Source of the DNA: a virus
Virus record (IMG/VR): IMGVR_UViG_3300031965_000003
Span: 69,350 to 95,009 of that record
Strand: one strand, 5' to 3'
Length of the DNA stretch: 25,660 bases
Part shown: positions 17,771 through 24,475 of the stretch, one piece after another
Layout: each line of letters opens with the position of its first letter
Position numbering within the stretch: position 1 is the first letter of the stretch
Position numbers and translations under genes: made by a program
Notes under the pieces: model-generated
Databases searched by the model: none
Told to the model about the DNA's origin: nothing
Seen by the model: the letters and a program-made list of their open reading frames with translations, nothing else

Positions 17771-18531
17771 TCGACCACCTTCGCCCAAATCTGACCAAAC
17801 CGAGTGTAACCCGGTAACATCTCCTTGACCGCCCTGACTACGCCAAAGTGCATTTTACCGTCGATGTAATAATCCAACTCTGGCTCTCCACATAGCCGCT
17901 CCCACTCCTTTGACCCCATCTCCACGTCACCCGTGAAAGCATGACCGCATATCACACCACCAGACCGAACCTTTGGCAGCCACGCCAGAATGTCTCTCTT
18001 GATCCCCGAATACCTGTGGTCGCCGCCTATATAAACGTAATCAATCGACCGATCTGGCAACAGCGCTGCTGGCTCCCATGATGTACCTATGACCACTGAC
18101 ACATAATTCAATGCATCCGCAATCTCTATATTCTTCAACAGCTGCAGCAACACTGTGCCAGCTGGAAACTGCCCCCACTGATAGTCAGCTATCTGACTGT
18201 TGACTCCACCTTTAAACCAATCAACACAATAAAAATGACCGCCATTAGCAGCAAAGACTGACCACACGCACGATGCAGTCCATCCCGTGTAGCATCCCGT
18301 ATCGAACCCAATCATACCAGGGCGTGCTACATTTTCCGCCAAGCTATGAAGGAAGTAGGCAACTGACACCTCAAGCCCACCGCCCAAAGAATCCCACTCA
18401 TTGCCCTCCTCCAACCATTGATGCTTCGCCATCTGCTCACAACGATGGTCGCTATTGTCATAAATATTCTGATCACACAAGGAACACTTAACATACGTGA
18501 CCCCGTTATCATCTTTACACTGAATAAACAC
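17767..18531 (-). CDS. Class I SAM-dependent methyltransferase-like protein (Methyltransf_24 type) with N-terminal Cys cluster
   Basis: DTGCYTGWTA, YCVDWFKG, IDYVYIGGDHRY..IKRDI.AWLPKVRSGGVICGH, GVVRAVKE. Confidence 0.8.
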   Translation of the reverse strand: MFIQCKDDNGVTYVKCSLCDQNIYDNSDHRCEQMAKHQWLEEGNEWDSLGGGLEVSVAYFLHSLAENVARPGMIGFDTGCYTGWTASCVWSVFAANGGHFYCVDWFKGGVNSQIADYQWGQFPAGTVLLQLLKNIEIADALNYVSVVIGTSWEPAALLPDRSIDYVYIGGDHRYSGIKRDILAWLPKVRSGGVICGHAFTGDVEMGSKEWERLCGEPELDYYIDGKMHFGVVRAVKEMLPGYTRFGQIWAKVVE

Positions 18532-18534
18532 CGC

Positions 18535-20337
18535 CTACTCGCTCCTTCTGTCTTGCCAACCGGGTACAGGATCAATGATCATGTTTCCGAGAAATTCATT
18601 TTCCGGCAGCGATGGCCACTGCTCCTCTATACCAGCATCCCAACGCATCATGCGCGGCTCGTACTGATGAAAGTCACCGCAGTCAACATCACACACAACC
18701 GCCTCTCGACTATTCAGCACCTCCGAAATAACTCGATCAGCGTCCCTTGTCTTGCTCACTGTTCTGGTTGATAACCCATATGCCCGTGCGATCTCAAGAA
18801 AGTTGGGCACGCTGTAACCCTTGGGGCCGCAAGCCTCGCGCTTGCCGCCAAAGTTCGTCTCTTGATACGCAACCGTGATCCCATAGGTATGGTTGTTAAG
18901 AACAAAAATCTTAAGCGGCACGTTGTAGTGCTTAATCGTCTGAAGCTCTTGGATGTTCATCTGAAAACCGCCGTCACCTATCACACACACGACACGCCTA
19001 GCAGGATCGGCGAACCACGCGCCCATCGCTCCGCACATCGAGAAGCCCATCGGAGAGTTGCCGTTGTTGGTCAAGTACCGCTGGCCAAACTTAGTCTTGA
19101 AGGCATGATTGCACACCACGATGTTACCGCCGCAATCAGCCACGAGCACGTCGCTAGATGCCATTAACTCAGACAGTTGGCGCACGAAAGCGTATGGATG
19201 AATGCTTGATTGTAAGAACTGCTGAGCCTGCACCGGATCGTAACGATCACGCCACTCAACAACTTGCCGCCGCCACGGGTCAATATCTAACCGCGGGTCT
19301 TGACCACCAACAACTATATCAAGCAGGCACTTTAAGAATATATAAGCGTCACACCGCGCACAGACATCAAACGGCAACTGTTGCAGGTAGCGCTGAAGCA
19401 ACGCAGGGTCAACGTCAATAACGTACTTTTTTGCCCCACGAGCAAATGATTGAATGTTGCCTCCAGTGATCCTGCCAGACAACCGGCACCCGATGGCAAC
19501 TAATAGATCGCTGTTCTGCACAGCAAAGTTACGCCCCGCTCCACCATATGTACCTATCCTACCGCCATAAAAATCAAGATCACTCGTGATAACGTCTAGC
19601 GCGTTCCATGTCGGGAAGCATGGCACGCCCAGCCGCTGGCTCAACTCATTAATAACCGATACCGCACCAGCTATACGCACTCCTCCCCCAACCAAGATCA
19701 CTGGGCGCGAAGCCCGCTGTAAATCGTCTAGCAGTCTAAACGCAACTCGCCGCACTTCAAGCATGTCATAAAAAGCAGCCTCAACACTTGCATCAAACCC
19801 GTGTAACTTACCAGGGTCAATCTCAGCTTTTTGAACGTCCATCGGCAGATCAATCAGCACCGGCCCAGGCCTCTCATTACGACACAGCCAATACGCTTTT
19901 TCCATCTCATAGCGAATAGCCCTTGGGTCGGTCACCATAACCGCGTACTTAGTTATGGGCTTGACGATAGAGACAATATCAGTTTCTTGAAAACCAACTT
20001 GACGCACCGAAGGATCTGGCCGTAAGAATCGGGAATTGATTTGCCCCGTGATAAAGATGCAAGGCACCGAATCGTAAAAACAATTGCCTATCGGCGTCAC
20101 GAGATTCATGCCACCTGGCCCACTGGTAACTATCACTGCACCTGGCTTGCCACTGATCTTGGCGTAACACTCCGCAGCAAATCCGCCGCCTTGCTCGTGG
20201 ATGACTGAAATGTATTCCGTCTGTTTAGTACGGGTAAATGCATCGCATAAATCTCCCATCGCCGACCCATACACCATGCACACCTTATCGATGCCATTCC
20301 GCCCCAAAAAATCAACAGCGTAATCAGCCAGCTTCAT
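18535..20337 (-). CDS. ThDP-dependent acetolactate-synthase-fold enzyme, probably a YerE-like sugar-branching carboligase (start revised to ATG at 20337)
   Basis: HEQGGGFAAE, VTSGPGGMN, GFQETDIV, RPGPVLIDLPMDVQ, GDGGFQMNIQEL...LNNHTYG (GDG-x-NN). Sugar-pathway context and no ilvN/ilvC. Confidence 0.88.
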   Translation of the reverse strand: MKLADYAVDFLGRNGIDKVCMVYGSAMGDLCDAFTRTKQTEYISVIHEQGGGFAAECYAKISGKPGAVIVTSGPGGMNLVTPIGNCFYDSVPCIFITGQINSRFLRPDPSVRQVGFQETDIVSIVKPITKYAVMVTDPRAIRYEMEKAYWLCRNERPGPVLIDLPMDVQKAEIDPGKLHGFDASVEAAFYDMLEVRRVAFRLLDDLQRASRPVILVGGGVRIAGAVSVINELSQRLGVPCFPTWNALDVITSDLDFYGGRIGTYGGAGRNFAVQNSDLLVAIGCRLSGRITGGNIQSFARGAKKYVIDVDPALLQRYLQQLPFDVCARCDAYIFLKCLLDIVVGGQDPRLDIDPWRRQVVEWRDRYDPVQAQQFLQSSIHPYAFVRQLSELMASSDVLVADCGGNIVVCNHAFKTKFGQRYLTNNGNSPMGFSMCGAMGAWFADPARRVVCVIGDGGFQMNIQELQTIKHYNVPLKIFVLNNHTYGITVAYQETNFGGKREACGPKGYSVPNFLEIARAYGLSTRTVSKTRDADRVISEVLNSREAVVCDVDCGDFHQYEPRMMRWDAGIEEQWPSLPENEFLGNMIIDPVPGWQDRRSE

Positions 20338-21545
20338 AGTATGGCCCCGTCCCTCCTGTGGTCGCGCACGAAGCAAATCAATCGCTTGATACCTTCTGTG
20401 ACCTCATCAACGCTGCCTCCACAAGCTAGCCTAACATACTGATCCCAACGCACCCCGCCAAAAGCCTTGCCAGGAGTCACAGCCACGTAGGCATCCTCAA
20501 GCGCAAGCTTAGCGAACTCCACGCTGTTTAACCCGGTAGACCCGATATTCAAGAACAGATAATAAGCCGCCATCGGCATATCGCACCTCAAGACACGGCT
20601 ATCGTTAACCAAGGCCGCATATTGACGCATGAGGGGCGCATACCGCACACGCAATGACATGCAATGGTTATCAATCTCATCAAGCGCAGCCAGAACGCCT
20701 GCCTGAGTAAATGAGGACAGACAACTTATTGAAGTCGATATCGACAACACGACTTTTTCGATGAACTGCGAATCAGCTATCACGTACCCGACGCGATAAC
20801 CCGGCACCCCAAAGAGCTTTGACAAGCTGCCTATACGCACCACTTTCTCCTGGAGCCTAGGGATAAAATAACATTCAGGGAGCTCCATAACGTATCTCAA
20901 TCTTTCATAAGTCTCGTCAATAAGCAGCCAGATATCATGCTCCTCACACTTGTCGATCAAATACGACATCACCGCCAGCGGGTAAACCGCTCCGGTAGGG
21001 TTGTTCGCGCTATTGACGATGATGGCCCCGCGGCATCCACGCAATCGCGTAGGAGATTTGCTGTTTATGCAATATACCGCATGGTCAACGTCTTCTCTCG
21101 TCAGCTCCCAATTAATTTTTTCGTTGAGCGGCAATACATAAACATTAGAGCAAAGATGGGCAGACGCAGCCATGTACGTTGGAAACGCTGGCGAGAACAA
21201 TACAACCGGCGTGGTCTGGTCACTGGCTATGGTTAAAAACTGACTGATGGCGAAATTTGCCGGAGTGATCGCTACATTAGCCGCTGTCAACTCTCCGCAC
21301 CCAAACTTCTCTGCAATCTTCTGCCTCAATGCAGTGAGCCCACCTGCCAGCGTGTAACCGTGATAACCACTCTTAAGCATCCTTAAGCTGCTCTCTATAA
21401 GCCGCAAGGGCGGTGGTACACAAACGGCTCCAAGCTCCAAGTGACAAATCCTATGGCCTCTGCTCTCAAGCTCAGTTGCCTGATCAGCTATCTTAAACAT
21501 CTCCTGGCCAATCAAGGTGTTAGCACGATTAGAGAATTGAACCAT
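20334..21545 (-). CDS. PLP-dependent aminotransferase, class I/II
   Basis: NSANNPTG, IDETY, SLSKLFGVPGYRVGY (catalytic Lys), VTPGKAFG, YVRL. Confidence 0.92.
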   Translation of the reverse strand: MVQFSNRANTLIGQEMFKIADQATELESRGHRICHLELGAVCVPPPLRLIESSLRMLKSGYHGYTLAGGLTALRQKIAEKFGCGELTAANVAITPANFAISQFLTIASDQTTPVVLFSPAFPTYMAASAHLCSNVYVLPLNEKINWELTREDVDHAVYCINSKSPTRLRGCRGAIIVNSANNPTGAVYPLAVMSYLIDKCEEHDIWLLIDETYERLRYVMELPECYFIPRLQEKVVRIGSLSKLFGVPGYRVGYVIADSQFIEKVVLSISTSISCLSSFTQAGVLAALDEIDNHCMSLRVRYAPLMRQYAALVNDSRVLRCDMPMAAYYLFLNIGSTGLNSVEFAKLALEDAYVAVTPGKAFGGVRWDQYVRLACGGSVDEVTEGIKRLICFVRDHRRDGAIL

Positions 21546-21551
21546 ACTACG

Positions 21552-22544
21552 TTACCTCGACACCCCAACTATCTTAGCAATACCATCCCAAAACACCCTA
21601 CCGTCAAACGTCTCAACCGCCTTCCGATGACCAGCCCTCGCAATATCTTCAGCCTCTTTAGCACCAACCCCCATGTAGTATCTCAACCGTTCTATCAAGT
21701 TAGTGTCCTGAAATTCTAGCTGCCCGTTGTTGTAATGAAATGGCTCAGTAAATGGCACGTACTCCGCCATGGTACTAAATAATCGGCTGGTCTCGATGCT
21801 CTCAGACTCAAGCAACATGGCTCCGCACATCGTAGCTTCTGCTGTCCTACCCGTAAGATGCTCAAACGTACACGCAGAGGTGAAGTTCAGCGTGATCTTA
21901 GACCGTCTGAGCCAACCCACATAATCATAGATAGACCCACGACTGCTAGGATGCGCCCCACCTAACACCTTAACCTCTATACCGCTGCCTGTCACCCATG
22001 CCAGATTTAATGCGCGATCAATCCTCCCCAGAACAGACCCGACAAACGTTAACGGCAGATCACGCTCAATCTTTTCGTCACAATTAAAAAGCGTCGGATC
22101 TCTAGGCTCCGGCAGCCAATAAGTCTTGTCAGGGTGCTTAGTAAACTTTTTCCAATGCTCGTAGGTATCAAAAAACACGTTGGCCGTAGTACCAGCTGCA
22201 TACATATCAGCCCAAGTTACCACGTTGGGAGCAGACTCCAACCACAACGAGACTACTGGTATACCCATACGGTCTCTGATAACTTGATAGCACTCAGGGG
22301 GAATATTATTTTTTTCCAGCGCCAACACTGGCGTGGTCAATACGATATCAGGACCAAACGTATGACACGCCGTCAATAAGGCTTTAGAACTCTCTTGTAC
22401 ACTAGTGAATTGGTTGTAAAAAAACAGAAACTCTCTGTGTCCTAGAGCGCGCAATGACCCTATCAAAGAATAAAGTGCAAGTGTTGGCTCATGATCGCCA
22501 GGGAACCGGCACATCGTGCTTTCTAAAGATAATAACACCCTCAT
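21552..22544 (-). CDS. CgeB-like (GT-B fold) glycosyltransferase
   Basis: DPTLF, LTFVGS...R, SKITLNF, GRTAEATMCGAMLLE, EDIARAGHRK. Confidence 0.78.
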   Translation of the reverse strand: MRVLLSLESTMCRFPGDHEPTLALYSLIGSLRALGHREFLFFYNQFTSVQESSKALLTACHTFGPDIVLTTPVLALEKNNIPPECYQVIRDRMGIPVVSLWLESAPNVVTWADMYAAGTTANVFFDTYEHWKKFTKHPDKTYWLPEPRDPTLFNCDEKIERDLPLTFVGSVLGRIDRALNLAWVTGSGIEVKVLGGAHPSSRGSIYDYVGWLRRSKITLNFTSACTFEHLTGRTAEATMCGAMLLESESIETSRLFSTMAEYVPFTEPFHYNNGQLEFQDTNLIERLRYYMGVGAKEAEDIARAGHRKAVETFDGRVFWDGIAKIVGVSR

Positions 22545-22810
22545 GCGTCATGCTCGCTCACTATTGGTTTTTCGATCAAGCCCCAATCGATACCTAATCG
22601 CGAGTCGTCCCACTTCACATAAACCCGCTGCTTAGTATAATAACCGCTCCATCTGTACCAAAACACCGCAACATCGGACCGTACTGAATGCCCGTTCACT
22701 ACGTACCAACCAACTACATAATAATAATAATTTTCATTAAATGGACTTAGTGGATCCATAAGGTTCATAAACCCATTTGGATCAGCAATTGACATATCGT
22801 TCTTTCCCAT
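22541..22810 (-). pseudogene. Truncated or chimeric RmlC-like (NDP-4-keto-6-deoxyhexose 3,5-epimerase) C-terminal fragment
   Basis: NGHSVRSDVAVFWYRWSGYY...KWDDSRLGIDWG...PIVSEHD resembles the RmlC C-terminus; the N-terminal half with the RGLH motif is absent. Confidence 0.65.
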
Positions 22811-22811
22811 T

Positions 22812-24098
22812 TTATCGTACCGCCTTTCGCAAAACTCCCGCTATGTATTCCATACACTCACGGTTGAGCAAAGGATGCACCCCAACAAAAAATCCGTCTT
22901 TCATGATCTTATCGGTGTTCTTTAAATCGCCGTGAACACGATGAGAAATATTCCTAAAGGCAGGCTGGCGAAGTAGGTTACCACCAAAGATTGGCCTAGT
23001 CTCGATCTTTGCAGCCTCCAACTCAGCAATCACCCTTGCGCGGTCAACCCCATCGCGACAGATCAACGGATACGCATACGGCGACGGAACCGCTGTTTTT
23101 AAAATACGCGGCAAGATAAAATAATCTTCAAGATCGCCATGACACAGCCGGTCAAGCAGATAAAAATTTTCACGCCGCCTACTAATGATAAAATCTAGCT
23201 TATCAAACTGAGCACACAGCACGGCAGCTTGCATGTCAGTAGCTTTCAGGTTGTAGCCGATATAAGTATAGATGTATTTGTGGTCTGTCCCAAGCGGCAA
23301 ACTGGGACGAAAATCCCAATCAAACCTCATACCGCAAGTATTCGACAGACCGGGCTTACAGTAACAGGCCCGTCCCCACTCGCTCAGTGACCGCGCCGCC
23401 ACAGTCAACTTCGAAGAATTGATGATACAAGTCCCACCTTCGCCTGCTGTCGTGTGATGCGCTGGAAAGTGAGACAAGCTAGAAGCATGACCAAACGTAC
23501 CAACCAACTTACCTTTGATGGTGGCCGCTAAAGCATCGCAACCGTCTTCAAAAAACCACAGGTTGTTCTCATCCGCTATGTTGCGCACCCACCATGCGTC
23601 AAAAGGTAAACCTAACGGGTGCGGCAACATGATTGCCTGCACGTCATCATCACAATCAGCCACGTCATCTATCGTCTCAAGACTAGGATTGTAAGTGTCC
23701 AGCTCAACATCAACAAACACCGGGCGCAAACCCAATTGAATGATCGGAGCTAATGTCGTCGGGAAACCCAAGGCTGGTACTACAACCTCAAAGCCAGCCT
23801 TCAACTGTTGATCCTCAGAAGCGCACGCCGCCGCCAGCATCAACAGGTTAGCTGATGACCCCGAATTGACAAGCACCGCAGACCTGCACCCAAATAATTT
23901 GATGATCTTGCTCTCAAACTCCTCTGTCCAACGCCCAGCCGTTAAGTGTCCCGACAACGCACAATCGACCAAGTTGACCATCTCATGATAATCGAACACC
24001 TCCGTGCTGTACGTGATCCTATCCGCGCCAGGCCGAGGAGAACACTTGGATTGCACGTACTTCTGCACGCTTTCTAGAATGCTCTCACGGGTGATCAT
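22812..24098 (-). CDS. rfbH: CDP-4-keto-6-deoxyglucose 3-dehydrase-like (E1, DdhC/RfbH), PMP and [2Fe-2S] dependent
   Basis: VNSGSSANLL, FPTTLAPIIQ, EDGCDAL, SHFPAHHTTAGEGG (His at the usual Lys position), WGRACYCKPGLSNTC (CxCx7C), DHKY, GYNLKATDMQAA, ETRPIFGGNLLRQP. Confidence 0.9.
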   Translation of the reverse strand: MITRESILESVQKYVQSKCSPRPGADRITYSTEVFDYHEMVNLVDCALSGHLTAGRWTEEFESKIIKLFGCRSAVLVNSGSSANLLMLAAACASEDQQLKAGFEVVVPALGFPTTLAPIIQLGLRPVFVDVELDTYNPSLETIDDVADCDDDVQAIMLPHPLGLPFDAWWVRNIADENNLWFFEDGCDALAATIKGKLVGTFGHASSLSHFPAHHTTAGEGGTCIINSSKLTVAARSLSEWGRACYCKPGLSNTCGMRFDWDFRPSLPLGTDHKYIYTYIGYNLKATDMQAAVLCAQFDKLDFIISRRRENFYLLDRLCHGDLEDYFILPRILKTAVPSPYAYPLICRDGVDRARVIAELEAAKIETRPIFGGNLLRQPAFRNISHRVHGDLKNTDKIMKDGFFVGVHPLLNRECMEYIAGVLRKAVR

Positions 24099-24108
24099 AA
24101 GTAATGCT

Positions 24109-24456
24109 CTAATCTTCTACGTGTCGTAACATCTCACCCTGCCAATCGTACTCGCGCTGATGCACCACTTTGTATGTTCCAGTAGGCAGCTCATGCGCAC
24201 AATGACCGTCTTGCTGCACCCTGGCAGTAGGCGTCGATCCATGATTCAACGACACGAATCGTGACTCGACCTTAAAATACAAATCGTTGTTGGCATCCCT
24301 GAAGTATCTAACGCGCCCGCCAACCAACTGATGCTTATGGCCGGTGGTTTCGCCATAAGCCAACACGCCATCGTGTGCAACTTCTTTTGCTCCTTTCGGG
24401 ATACTACTTTCGATCACGCCCACGTCTCCCTGTCGCCATGCCTTCTGTATCGCCAT
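24109..24456 (-). CDS. Small conserved His-rich protein (RQGDV...LAYGETTGHxH...HQREY family), partner of DUF6745 (start revised to ATG at 24456)
   Basis: AAGGAGG RBS before MAIQKAWRQGDV; family motifs present; 115 aa. Confidence 0.8.
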   Translation of the reverse strand: MAIQKAWRQGDVGVIESSIPKGAKEVAHDGVLAYGETTGHKHQLVGGRVRYFRDANNDLYFKVESRFVSLNHGSTPTARVQQDGHCAHELPTGTYKVVHQREYDWQGEMLRHVED

Positions 24457-24475
24457 AGGTATACCCTCCTTTATC

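Noticed and set aside
18535-20337. Annotation as ilvB, an auxiliary gene for branched-chain amino acid synthesis
   Set aside because: No ilvN/C/D nearby; context with RfbH and glycosyltransferases favours a YerE-like role, although this is not proven.
14814-24098. Host O-antigen locus flanking a prophage end
   Set aside because: Phage-type genes lie on both sides, no att site or integrase is visible, there are no wzx/wzy genes, and further glycan genes are scattered among phage ORFs. A misassembly cannot be excluded from sequence alone.
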